The notes beneath the pieces were generated by a model, which saw nothing but the letters and a program-made list of their open reading frames with translations, was not told the origin of the DNA and ran no database searches. The translations under genes and the position numbers were made by a program. From Octopus vulgaris (lineage: Eukaryota): a DNA stretch of 64,000 nucleotides. The stretch spans positions 35,650,001 through 35,714,000 of the forward strand of contig OX597828.1 in assembly GCA_951406725.2 (NCBI GenBank). Direction: 5' to 3'. Positions within the stretch are counted from its first letter, which is position 1, and each line of letters starts with the position of its first letter. Below are positions 42,394 to 56,154 of this stretch, one piece after another.

Positions 42394-42535
42394 GTAGTAT
42401 GCACATTTGCGTGTGTGTTTGTGTGTGTGTGTGTATTTGTATGTATGGATACTGATATATATATATATGTGTATGCTATGCAACATATATATCTATATAC
42501 ATACATACATATATGTGTGTGTATATATATGTATT

Positions 42536-42636
<101 letters not shown>

Positions 42637-43039
42637 CATAAATACATATATATACACACACATATATGTATGTATGTATGTATAGATATATATGTTGCAT
42701 AGCATACACATATATATATATATATATCAGTATCCATACATACAAATACACACACACACACCAAACACACACGCAAATGTGCATACTACATTTTTGTATA
42801 AATAGTGAGTCCATAAAACCTGTTACAAATATAAACAAATATATTCTTACATTTATCAGGAAGGCAGGTGGATTGCATCTCTAAAACTAAAAACATATTC
42901 ATACAAATCTGTATGTACATACATTCATTAATACATTAATACATTCATAAATACTTATGAACATACATACATACAGACATGCATACACTCACATGCACAT
43001 ATACATAAGCATTTATATTTGTGTATTTGAATATATATA

Positions 43040-43084
<45 letters not shown>

Positions 43085-43349
43085 GCATGTGTATCATCAC
43101 CATTAGAGTGAATATTAATGATAGATGCTAAAATATGTTTGTTTGTATTGTGTAACTTTAATTTTTGTTAATCTGAGCAGGGACATATTTTGTAACAGAA
43201 AAATATGAAAATATGGAGAGGAATCATCAGGCACACACACTGACACACAGACACATGCAGACACGCGTATATCTGAATGTGTGTGTGTGTGCGTGCATGT
43301 GCATGTATGTATGTATGTAAATATATATGTATGTATGTATGTTTGTATG

Positions 43350-43380
<31 letters not shown>

Positions 43381-43736
43381 ACAAGTTTCTTCTAAAGATA
43401 TTACCAATAAAATTACTATATAAAAAGCATACACACTGAAAATATTCATATTTGTGCATTTCTTTGGCTCTCGCCCTTATACACACACATATACACATAT
43501 ATGTGTATATACATACATACACATGCACACACATGCACACACATGCACATATATACATATATATTTATATATATATAGTGTGTGTATGTGTGTGTTTGTA
43601 TATATATATATATATATATATATATAATGTCCATTGGTTCAGTGCAGTGAATAACCCAATAGATATAAACTCTACACCATGTATTGAGTACTCATTTCTT
43701 TTGCTTATTAACATATACATATATCATACATACCTG

Positions 43737-43770
<34 letters not shown>

Positions 43771-43805
43771 TATATATACACATATATACACATATATAAT
43801 ATATG

Positions 43806-43856
<51 letters not shown>

Positions 43857-44059
43857 CTGTGTATAGATATATATATATATTATATATACATACACATGCT
43901 CACATATATATATAACATACATTTACTCAAATTAATGTATATTTCATACACTGACACACACACACACGCATATCTATATACACATACACACACACCCACA
44001 CAACACACACACACATATATGTATATACACATACATACGTACATACATACATACATACA

Positions 44060-44095
<36 letters not shown>

Positions 44096-44418
44096 TACAT
44101 TTATATATATATACATATATATATGTGTATGTTTATATATATATATATGTATGTATATGTATTTGTGTATATATATTAGGAAGCTCTAAGTAATCGACAA
44201 AACACCTCCATGTATATACTCCTGCCCTCCCACCCCTAAATGGCAAGAACGTTTTGCTAAATAATGTCCAGTTGTATGAATATTTAGTTTCAGTATTTGA
44301 AAACCAAAACAAACCAAAAAGAAGAAAAAGAAAAAAAAGCAAACAAAAAGCAACAAATTAAAAGAAAAAATTACATATAAATCTACACATAAATATATGT
44401 GTATATATATATATATGC

Positions 44419-44461
<43 letters not shown>

Positions 44462-45315
44462 CATACATATATATATACATATATATATACATATATATGT
44501 ATATATATATATAAAATAAATGAAAACTGTGTCTGAAATAGTTGTTCCAATGATCTACCTGTCTCCACTAGTGCCCATCATACATGTATTTTTAACAGTG
44601 CTTGCTCGAATAAACACAGTTTTTTTTCCTCATCCCACTCTCCTCTTTTTTTTTCTTTGTCTTTCTCCCTCTCTTTTCTCTTTCTCTCTCCCTCTTTCAT
44701 TATTGCTATCTCTCTCTTTCCCAAACATCATATAGATTTCCAAAGGTAAAGAAACTAAAATAGAAATGAAAAAATATAGGATTATCTCCCTTTTTATTTT
44801 TTTTTTTAGCTTCAATAATTAGACAGACTGACAAAGGCAGAGAGAGAGAAAGAGACAGACAGAAAGACAGATAGATTGAAAGAGACAGAGAGATATGAAA
44901 ATATTACCTTTCATGTACTCTGTGTTTGAAGTTCAAATCCCATCATGGTCAACTTTGCCTTTCATCCTTCCATAGGTTCGATAAAATAAAGTACCAGCTA
45001 AGCACTGGGGTCGATAAAATACCAGTGATATACTGGGGTATTAATTTATTCGACTAGATTACCCCCATCCAACCCAATCAAACATTTGTAGCCTCAGGGC
45101 CTCTCTTAAATATCATTTTTCATAAAATTATCATTATTTTTTCTTATGTTTTGTTTCCAAAACTTTTTACATTTTATACATACATACTGCCATGTGAAGT
45201 ACATGCGTGCCTGTTCTCCACATAGACATATAATATCTAAATATATATATATACACGCACACACACATATATATGTATGTATATACATATACATATGTGT
45301 GTGTATGTATATATG

Positions 45316-45360
<45 letters not shown>

Positions 45361-45423
45361 ATACATACATGCATATATATATATATGTATGTATATGTAT
45401 ATCTATGTATATATATACACACA

Positions 45424-45468
<45 letters not shown>

Positions 45469-45606
45469 TTATATATATGTGTACGTATATATATATATGT
45501 CTATGTATGTATGCATATATATATATATATTTATAATATGTATAGAATATATGTGAATATATATATTTATATGTATACAATATATGTGAATATATATATA
45601 TATATA

Positions 45607-45900
45607 TATAATTACATACATAATTATAACAAGGGATTGGCTTTACACCTCACCATGCACTGCAAGAAATAGTCGCTAAAGCCCCTGTTACCACTTTAAA
45701 ATCTCTGAGAATAGCCAAAAGAAAAATAGGCAACCAAAAGAAAAATAATGAATCATCATTATTTTTCTTTTGCTCACCTACAATATAGTGTGTTATTCTT
45801 GGAGATTTTAAGGTGGTAACATGAGCTTTAGCATCTATTTCTTGCAATGCATGGTGAGGCATAAAGCCAATCCTTTGTTATAATTATGTATATAATTATA
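45607..45900. repeat. Fold-back element with arms of about 108 bp and a nested hairpin in the loop
   Basis: Arms 45607-45714 and 45793-45900; inner hairpin 45735-45772. The right side extends to the TA tract at about 45985. Confidence 0.85.
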
Positions 45901-45989
45901 AAATATTTTGTAATATTTACCTATGAGGTTTTTATTTCTGTACTGACCACCTGGTAAAATTATTACTGATTTTACCCTTTTATTATATA

Positions 45990-46036
<47 letters not shown>

Positions 46037-46071
46037 CATATATTTATATAAATATATATATATATACATAT

Positions 46072-46134
<63 letters not shown>

Positions 46135-46141
46135 TATATAC

Positions 46142-46213
<72 letters not shown>

Positions 46214-46246
46214 GTACATATATATATATATATGTACATATATATA

Positions 46247-46305
<59 letters not shown>

Positions 46306-46687
46306 AAGAATAATTCTTTTGTGTTATCATTATTTTTTATTTTCATTTTTTATTTCTTTTCCTTATTTGAAAAACAAATTTCATTTTTTTTTCTAGATTT
46401 TTTTTTCCCCTGTTATTTTTGGTCTTGACCCTACTTTTGCAAATTGCCCATCGATTGTTTGAAATTAATTAAATTGATTGGTTATATAATTATATAATCA
46501 ATTAATTTGTTCAATCATATTTTAAAATATATTTAAAAAAAAAAGAAAGCAAAAACAAAGACAAAACAATATTTAGACAACTCCTCCTGCTCCTCCCACT
46601 TTCCCTCCTCTCAAGTTTGTTTTGACCAATAAAAATACTTCCACTGGTTATTAAGTTTGGACTTTTCATTCATTTATTCCATCTTCA

Positions 46688-47116
46688 TTCTCTCTCTTCC
46701 TCTCTCTCTCTCTCTATGTCAATCTCTATATATATGTTATTCTCTCTCTCTCTCCCTCTCTCTCTCTCTATGTCAATCTCTATATATATGTTATTCTCTC
46801 TCTCTCTCTCTCTCTATGTCATTCTCTCTCCCTCTCTCTCCATGTCATTCTCTCTCCTTCTCTCTCTCTGTCATTTGCTCTCTGTCTGTTTGTCATTCTC
46901 TCTCTCTTTCTATGTCATTCTGTCTCTCTCTCTCCTTCTCTCTGTCATTCTCTCTCTCTTTCTATGTCATTCTGTCTCTCTATGTCATTCTGTCTCTCTC
47001 TCTCCTTCTCTCTGTCATTCTCTCTCTCTTTCTCGGTCATTCTCTCTCTCTCTCTTTGTCTCTGTCATTCTCTGTCTCTCTATGTCATTCTCTTTCCTCC
47101 TTTCTCTCTATGTCAT

Positions 47117-47160
<44 letters not shown>
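46688..47160. repeat. CT-rich minisatellite (tgtcattctctctc units)
   Basis: Direct inspection. Confidence 0.85.
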
Positions 47161-47162
<2 letters not shown>

Positions 47163-47321
47163 CTGGCTTTTTGTCTTTCTCCTTCTCTGTCTTTTGCCTT
47201 CACTTTACCTTCTCTCATCCTCTCTCTTCTCTTCTTCACTCTCCTTTCTCTGTAGTTACATGTGTATGCATTGCATGTATGCATATATGTATATGCACAT
47301 GTGCATGTGTGTGTGTGGCTA

Positions 47322-47610
47322 AGGAGACATGTGGCTTAGTGGTTATGGTACTCAGCACAAGGTCGTAAGTTCAATTCCTGGTAATATATTGTGGCCTTGA
47401 GCAAGACACTTTATTTCGTGTTGTCCCAGTCCACTCAGCTGGCAACAAAGGGCCAACCTTGTTGTATTCTGTGTCATGCAGATTATCCCTGAGAGGAGGT
47501 ACGCATGTCTGTGGAGTACTCAGTCACTTCCATGTTAATTTCATGAGCAGGCTGTTCCATTGATTGGATCACCTGGAACCTTTATCATCATGACAAAGTG
47601 AGTGCCAGTT
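47322..47610 (+). mobile_element. tRNA-derived SINE, family B
   Basis: Same head and body as 7115-7437. Confidence 0.75.
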
Positions 47611-47842
47611 GTTTTACATGTGTGTGTGTATGTGTGTGTGTGTGGTATGTGCTGTATGTGTGTGTGTGTTGTGTATATATATATGTGTGTGGTGTGTGTT
47701 GTGTATGTATGTGTGTATGTTGTGCATGTAAGTGTGTGTTGTGTATGTATATGTGTGTGTATGTGTGTGGTGTGTTGTATGTGTATGTATGGTGTATGTT
47801 GTGTGTGTAAGTGTATGTTGTGTGTGTGAATGTGTGTGTTTG

Positions 47843-47877
<35 letters not shown>

Positions 47878-48554
47878 GCAGGTGCACCTCTATACAGCTA
47901 CATGGAGGAGACCCCCTTCGGTCATAAATGACCATAGGATTGCGCCTAGAAAGTTGAAGCGGACTCGTGGTTGAGGGATTGCAGGTTCAAATCTCAGACC
48001 ATGTGATGTGTGTGTGTTTATGAGCGAAACACCTAAGCTCCACGCGGCTCCGGCAGAAGGTGAAGGCGAATTTCTGCTGACTCTTTCGCCACAACTTTTT
48101 CCTCCTGCATCTTGCAGATCACCTGCAATGGACCAGTGTCCCATTCAGGTGGGGAACCTATACTCCAAGAAAACCGGGAAACCAGCCCTAAGAGCAGGCA
48201 TGGCTTGAGAAGGAACAACAATATAATCCAGAGTTAGAATCAGTACGACATGAGTGTGACAAGGCCAGACCTTAAAAATACAAGTGAAATTCATCCAAAG
48301 GGTTTCTATGCAGTTTCTGTTTTCTTAAATTCTCTTAGAAAGCTTGAGTAAATCTGAAGTAGACTTGCCATTGCCATGAGGTCCCGAGTTTGAACCCAGA
48401 ACCTTGTAGCTGTGAAGCAAACTTCTTAACCACACATCTATGCCTGTATTTCATAGGGTATACACATACAAGTCCCATCAAAAGTAAATTAGACAGCTAA
48501 TGATGACTTTATTTTAATAAATGAAAACTATCTCAGTTGAAATCCTGCATATAT

Positions 48555-48734
48555 AGGCGTAGGAGTGGCTGTGTGGTAGGTAGCTTGTTTAAGAACCACA
48601 TGGTTCCAGGTTCAGTCCCACTGCATGGCCCCTTGGGCAAGTGTCTTCTACTATAGCCTCAGTCCGACCAAAGCCTTGTGAGTGGATTTAGTAGACGGAA
48701 ACTGAAAGTAGCCCATCGTATATATGTGTGTGTG

Positions 48735-48784
<50 letters not shown>

Positions 48785-49030
48785 TATACATATATATACA
48801 TATATATCTATGTGTATGTATGTGTATGTATGTTTGTGTGTATGTCCTCCCAACATTGCTTGACAACATTGCTGGTGTATTTATGTCCTCATAACTTAGT
48901 AGTTCGACAAAAGAGACTGATAGAATAAGTACTAGGTTTAAAAAGAATAAGTCCTGGGGTCGATTTGCTTGACTAAAGGCGGTGCGCCAGCATGGCCACA
49001 GTCACATGACTGAAACAAGTAAAAGAGTAA
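48555..49030 (+). mobile_element. SINE family C, full length
   Basis: Head ggcgtaggagtggctgtgtggt...ggttcagtcc, CORE-like cttgggcaagtgtctt, internal microsatellite, tail gactgaaacaagtaaaagag. Confidence 0.85.
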
Positions 49031-49489
49031 GGAGTGAGAGTATACCAATAATATTTATAAGAATACAAGTGTGGGTTTGTGGTTAAGAACCGTGCTTTGC
49101 AAACAGAGGTTCTGGAATCGATCTTACTGTATGCCATCTAAGGTAAGTGTCTTTTACTACAGCCTGGGGGTTAACCCAAGCCATGAATCTGAAGTGGGCA
49201 GACAAAAACTTTGTAGATCTTCGTAGGAAGCAGCGTACTTGTAATTCAAGGTCTAGTTCTATCATACTTCGTATCAACTTTTAACTTGTTTTGGTTTTGA
49301 TATTCTGAGATGTTTCACGGTGTTTTATAGATAGAGAGTTAGTTCCTTCACAGGTCATTTTTAACAGCGCATGACAGGAACTAGGAGAGGCTATAAATGG
49401 TGGTCTCTTGGAATGCCAGGAAGAGAGGTTCTTACCATGAGTTTCTTCGTGGTATTCGGATATAGATATGCAACGTTCATTGTAATATC

Positions 49490-49950
49490 CCTTATTTCTT
49501 TATTGCCCATAAGGGGCTGAACTCAGACGAAATACCTATTTCTTTACTACCCACAAGGGGCTAAACACAGAGGGGACAAACAAGGACAGACAAACGGATT
49601 AAGTCGATTATATCAACCCCAGTGCATAACTGGTACTTAATTTATCGACCCCGAAAGGATGAAGGGCAAAGTCGACCTCGGCGGAATTTGAACTCAGAAT
49701 GTAGCGGCAGACGAAATACCTATTTCTTTATTACCCACAAGGGGCTAAACACAGAGGGGACAAACAAGGACAGACAAACGGATTAAGTCGATTATATCAA
49801 CCTCAGTGCATAACTGGTACTTAATTTATCAACTCCGAAAGGATGAAAGGCAAAGTCGACCTTGGCAGAATTTGAACTCAGAACGTAGCGGCAGACGAAA
49901 TACCGCTAAGCATTTTGCCCGGCATGCTAACGATTCTGCCAGCTCACTGC
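49490..49950 (-). mobile_element. SINE family D with a tandem internal duplication of about 185 bp
   Basis: The unit cagacgaaatacctatttcttta...gaatttgaactcagaa occurs twice (about 49523 and 49708). Head at about 49950. Confidence 0.8.
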
Positions 49951-50041
49951 CTTTTTGTAATGTTCCTTAATCTATGGACTATATTGCCAGGGTGGTGGTT
50001 TAGTAAAGTGTTACTCTTTGACGTGAATCTGATTCTACCAG

Positions 50042-50105
50042 TAAAGACGACAGTCCATCCAGCAGTAGACATAACAGTGTATGGGGCACAAGAGCTATTC
50101 CGTGA
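50042..50105 (+). CDS. Candidate terminal exon of the plus-strand gene
   Basis: Acceptor ttctaccag|. Phase 2 matches the AA| end of the 28947 exon, giving (N)KDDSPSSSRHNSVWGTRAIP*. AATAAA near 50144 and at 52075. Confidence 0.35.
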
Positions 50106-50329
50106 AGGCACTGACACCACCGAGACTCTAGAAAGAGTGGAGAAATAAATGAAGTGAGCAGAACAGATATTCGTTACAGAAGACGTAAATTCTGACGCGA
50201 AAAAGAAAAGTCCGATATATACGTGATCTGATCAACAAGTATTCAGACTGTTGTCATAGTAACGAAGCTAAAGCACGCAAAGAGAAATCACTTGGCACAG
50301 ATTGACCTTGAACTCTACAGTGCATGTGC

Positions 50330-52065
50330 ACTAAGTTCCGAGGGAGAAGGGAAAGAGGGGGACTTCCTGAAAAGTACCGAGGAGCAGGAAGGGGAGGAGT
50401 AAAAGGATTTCCTGGGAAGTTCCGGTGGAAGGGGACGAACGGATGGGATTCCTGAAAAGTTCCAAGGACAGGAAGGATGAGGAAGGCTTCCTGGAAATTT
50501 TCGAGGACGGGGAGGAGGGAAGGACTTTCTGGAAAATTCCGAGGAAGGAGAGACAACCTGAAAGGTTCCGAAGTGTGGAAGGGAAGGAGTAGATGTTCAA
50601 ATGAGTAGATGACTTCCTGGAAAGTTCCAAGGGGTGGAGGAAGTGGCACAGGGTAAAAGACTTCTTGGAAAGTTCCAAGGATGTGGAATGGGATTAGGGG
50701 AACGACTGCCTGGAAAGGTCCAAGGACCGGAAGGAGGGAGTAACTTCCTGGAAAGTTGCGAGAACGGAGAGGATGGGGAAGGACTTTTTGGAAATTTCTG
50801 AGAAGAGAAGAAAGAGGGAGAGGGGAAAGACCTTCTGGGAAGGACTTTTTGGAAAGTTCCGAGGTTCTGGAAGGGTAGGAGGTGGATGGACTTCCTGGAA
50901 AGTTCTGAGGAGGGGAGGACATCCTGGAAGGTTCAGAGGAGGGGGAGGAAGTGGAGAAAACGAAAGTCATTCTAGAAAATTCCGAGGAAGTGGAAGGGGA
51001 GGAGGGGAAGGACGTCCTGGAAAGTTCCGACGGTAGGAAGGGGGAAAGGGTAGGGGAGGTACTTCCTGAAAAGCTCCAAGGATGTTGAAGAGGAGGGTGA
51101 GCCTTCCTGGAAAGTTCCAAAAAGGGGAGGAAGGGGAAGAAGGGGAGACACTTCCTAGAAAGATCCAAGGATGTGGAAGAGGAGAATGGGAAGGACTTCC
51201 TCGAAATTTCCGGGGACGTGGACTTTCTGGAAAGTTTCGAGGAGGGGAAGAAGGGGAGAAATGAAGAAGACGGGGTAAGTTCCGAGGATGTGGAAGGAGA
51301 GGAAGAGAAGGACCACCTGGAAAGCTCCAACGATGGGAAGGAGGATGACTTTCTGGAAAGTTCCGAGGACAGGCAAGAAGGGAAGAGTTCGTCCTGGAAA
51401 GTTCCGAGGAAGTGGGAGGGAAGGAAGGGTAGTATGAGAATGTCTACCTGGAAAGTTCTGAAGATGTAGACGGGGAGAAGGTGGATGGAATTCCTGGAGA
51501 TTTCCGAGGAGGAGGGCTTCCTGGAAAGTTCCGAGGTGGAGAAAGGGGATGAGTGTAAGGCATCCTGGAAAATCCTGAGTAGGTGGGGTGGAGGGAAAGG
51601 AATTCATGGGAAGTTCCGAGGAGGACTTCCTGGAGATTCTGAGGAAGAAGTGAATAAGGGGAAAGATTTCCTGGAAAGTTCCGACGATGTGGAAGGGGAG
51701 GAATTCTGGAAATTTCCGAGGAGGACTTCTTGGAGGAGGTGAAGGAGATGGAGGAAGAGGAGGTGGAGCAAGGGAAGGAGGTGGAGGAAAGGGAGGAGGG
51801 GAGGTCTTTTGAGAAAATTCTGAGGAAAGGGAAGGGGGTAGAGTAGGGGAGGACCTCTTGGAAAGTTCCAAGGATGTGGAAGGGGAGGAGGGGAAGTCCA
51901 TGGATAGGGAGGAAGTGGAGGATTGACTGCCTGGAAATGTCCTACTAGAGAAGAGGAGAGGACTTCCTAGAAAAGTCCAATGCAGGGGAATGGGAGAAAG
52001 AGGAGGAAGGCCTTCCTGGAAAAGTCTGAGGAAGGGCAGGAAGGTCTTCCTAGAAAAGTCCGAGA
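50330..52065 (+). repeat. Purine-rich complex minisatellite of about 40 units
   Basis: Conserved core gacTTCCTGGAAAGTTCCgagg separated by variable G/A-rich spacers; period about 30-50 bp. Confidence 0.9.
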
Positions 52066-53989
52066 AAAGTGATGAATAAAAGAATGTGGTAATTATCATT
52101 AAGTTTAGATAATGACCAAAAAATTCACATCAAAAGGGATCTCAGATCTGAGACCATAACTTTTGATTCAGATTAGAAAATTCAACAGAACTTCTGTCAC
52201 ATGTTGTCATATTAATTTTGCTTTGTTAATCAAATTATTGCTTATAAAATTATGCTCTTGCCTTAAATCCAGTCCTTAGGTCCTTGGTGGAGTTTAGGGA
52301 CACTGTCATGGGATACAGCATGTCTTGGACAATGTTAGGTTTGGCAGATCCCATTTTTTTCTGGATCTCTAACCACAGATGGTTTCCTCCAGAAAGTGAG
52401 AAAGACAAGGAGATAGAAAGTAAAGAATTGATCTCAATATATTACTGGTACATTACTTATCAAGCAAGAAAAGATGAAAATAAAACTGACATCAGCAAAC
52501 TTTGGATTCAGAGCACAAAGAATGACATCAGTTACTGCAAAGCAACCAATCAAATGCTCTAATCACTCTGCCAAATGACCAATTTTGTCATGATTTATAA
52601 TTATTACAACAACAACAACTGGCAATAATTAAAAATAAAAACTGAAATCAAAATAAAAACAATACCAAAACACATCATGGAGGAAGGATTTTTCGTTTTT
52701 CTTTATTTAATTTATATATTTTGTATAATAATAACAGAAACGAAAATAATGAACATAATAGAAATATTAAAAATAATAATTATTAATATTATTATGACAA
52801 TATTTCAGGGATTTTCTCTTTTAAAAACAATAATTGTTTTATAGAAATTGCCATTCATTCAAGTATTAACCATTAGAATTTCATGGATAAATATTACAGA
52901 TATTGATTTATTCAAAAAAAAATCGCTCATTTATATATATCAATCAATTATAGCAATCAATCAATCAAGCAATCATTTTTTTAATGTTTTATATAGTTTA
53001 TTTTGTGCTTGTTACATTTTTATAATTGTATATTTTTTGTTTTAAGTTTATTTCTTAAATTATCAGTATACAGTGTTCATGTGTAACTCTCTCTTTTGAA
53101 ACTTCATTGTTTGCATAAATTCCTATACATATGCTGAGAGAGAGACACACAGACAGAAAAATACAAAATTATTTGTTAATGTGCATAAATTCATTCAGCT
53201 CTACTTTCACATTCTGCAAGGCAACTGTGAGTGTGCATGTGTGTGTGTGTGTGTGTGTGTGTGTGCTAAAAAGCACAGAAGTACACCAGTAACAGATCAA
53301 TAACATCCAGCATTGGTGGTGGAATAGCTAGATACAGGATGTCTGCGTCTTTGCGCATCATCAGTAGCAAGCATCCAATATCAGCCAGATGCTTAGACAA
53401 ATTTTGCTTCAACTGATATAGAAAAGCAGTGATTAGCAAATCACGGATGTTTGCAAATAGCTGGCAGGGTGGGTAAAAATTCATTATAAGCAACATATTT
53501 CTTACAGCGTATCTATTTAAGTAATACATAAAGAATGCTCATATATATATATATATATGAAGAGAGAGAGAATGAGAGAAGTGGAGGAGGTAACATAATG
53601 TTAAAATTAAAAATTAAACTATAGGACAGAAAGTAAAATAGAAATAGAGCAATCGGGTCAAAATTACTGCAGTGAAAATATAGAAACCAGAAAAACAAAC
53701 AATTCTAACTGAGGCTTCCTTACTAAAATTGTCTCCCTTGTACATAAAAGTGATACTGTATCACTGAGGGAAATTACAGTGGATTTATGACATATAGTAT
53801 TAATTGTGAGAATGTGTGTGATATATTTTACAAACTATGTGGGAAAAATGAAACTATACTCTATTCTAACAACAATAAGTGTTAATATTTATATGTTTTT
53901 TTAAGGAACCAAAGCTATTTAGCTATTTGACATTGATATTACACTGGGTCCCAGAAACACTCTGATGCATTCGTATATACATATATATA

Positions 53990-54046
<57 letters not shown>

Positions 54047-54084
54047 GTTTATTAGCTAAACTGGCAAAATGACCATTCCGAAAT

Positions 54085-54130
<46 letters not shown>

Positions 54131-54901
54131 ACATATATATAAGGACACACACAGGGCCACTACTAACAATAGACTTCAAATTGCGGACATTTGAAATGGA
54201 ATGTTTCAAAAATTTTATCACATATAAATTCTTGTCATCTCTCCCTAACCAAAGTGTAACACCCTGCTCCCATGTAACAACACTGACAACAGTAACTGAT
54301 TGCCTCAAATTTATAGTTACCCACATCCCACAACCACCCATTTTATCCTGTCTTTTCTGTCTTCCCCTCCTCAGTAAAACAATTGTATTCATTTCCTTTA
54401 TTTAAAGTTTTTGGTGGTAGTGGTCATCGTCATGGACATTAGAAGTATTTCTATGTTGGAAGTTAATATAAACAATTTGGTTTAAACCTCAATACACTAC
54501 ACATATTCAGTTTATTAGACATCACCCATTGGTATCTCTTGGAAAACTTAAGCTAATGTGACACTCCAGATGTTATTTTAAAAACTGACTTTTTATCACC
54601 TGCACACTCCTAAACTTCAAAACAATAAACACCAAGCAAACATTATTATATCTATACCCATTCGACCACCCAGAGATTTCAATTTACACAGTGCTTTATT
54701 TTCTGTCTGCATGAATGCTTTGAAATCCAAACCCCATTTTTCATATTAGATTATTCAAAAATATTTCTTCTAATTTCAAATTTATTTTAATTAATTCAAT
54801 TACTTCTTTTTCTATTTCCTCTCCCACAACTTATTTCATATTTTCTTCCTTGCATTTTTTTATTAGCCATCAAATCATATTCTTCTTCCTCCTCCCCCTC
54901 C

Positions 54902-54961
<60 letters not shown>

Positions 54962-55098
54962 CCTTGTTTACTTTAAAATAAAGCGAGGAGATACCCAAGA
55001 ATAAAGTTCTAACCCAGATTTTACACTTTCTGCACCCTTTCTTAACCACCCACAAAAACCAACTGATCCAAAATTCAAAGGATCAAGAAGATATAATA

Positions 55099-55132
<34 letters not shown>

Positions 55133-56105
55133 ATTGGATCGATTATTTAAGTATTGTGACCTGGTCATGATCCTATGTTGGAGGCTCTTTTTTCTCTCTC
55201 TAACTTTCAAACTCGCCACACTAATTATTAGAAATAAGCAGGTTTATTAAAATAGACAACAATCTATCTCACACTGTTCACTTATTTCTTACTTAATTGC
55301 ACCAAATTTTATTTGTTTTCATATTGTAATTAGTGACCTCTAGTGTTTTCAATTAGATGTTCACTAAATTTCTGACATCATGTTCAGTCATAACCAAATT
55401 TATATAAATAATTACCAAATTTACATTGATCACTAAATGGAAGTTGGAAGATAATGAATTAGAAGATACCCGGTGTAAAAGGAGAAATTTAAACATAAAA
55501 CCACGTAGTGACGATTGCAATCTAACCAGGTCCACTCCGTGTGTCACTACAGTTTGCAACCACCACCAAAACCTAGGCACACATGCAGATCCACTAATGA
55601 ACTGTCTAAGGTATCAGTTAAACTTTCCAACCCATGATATTATAATCCTAAATACACTGCATGAAATAAAAACAAATAAATAACTCATATGGAATGATCC
55701 CCATTGGAATGTCTTTGATAATATATCATCAAAATAAGATCTGACTTGGGGGTCATGTGGGGGTGGGGCATTGTACAACACTGACATCAATAACAACCAT
55801 ATAAGAATACGTCATAGAGTAGACTATATAAAGAAAACGCTAGTAGTAGCATGATGTGAGGGTCATAAACTACTGCATGCCAAGAGAGTGAGAGAGAGAG
55901 AGAGAGAGACAGGAGAGTCTTGCTTATATATGTACAGTATGGCTAAACAGGGGGTGGGTGGGAGTAGAGGTGTCATACAGTTACAATTTGTGACTTTGTG
56001 TCAAGTTTAGAAAATATTATTGCTATTATTATGGAATTAATATTTAACAATGTTGGATATCTTTATTTTATCATTATTAATGTGGCAATAATAAAGAAGA
56101 TATTA

Positions 56106-56154
<49 letters not shown>

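Noticed and set aside
50330-52065. CRISPR-like repeat/spacer appearance
   Set aside because: Eukaryotic context, degenerate repeats, low-complexity and mutually similar spacers, and no cas genes.
50254-52099. Long minus-strand ORFs (358 and 314 aa)
   Set aside because: The pyrimidine-rich strand of the minisatellite is naturally poor in stops. Unit lengths are not multiples of three and the core is read in shifting frames.
53266-53529. 87-aa minus-strand ORF in unique sequence
   Set aside because: No recognisable domain or splice signals; more likely UTR or intergenic.
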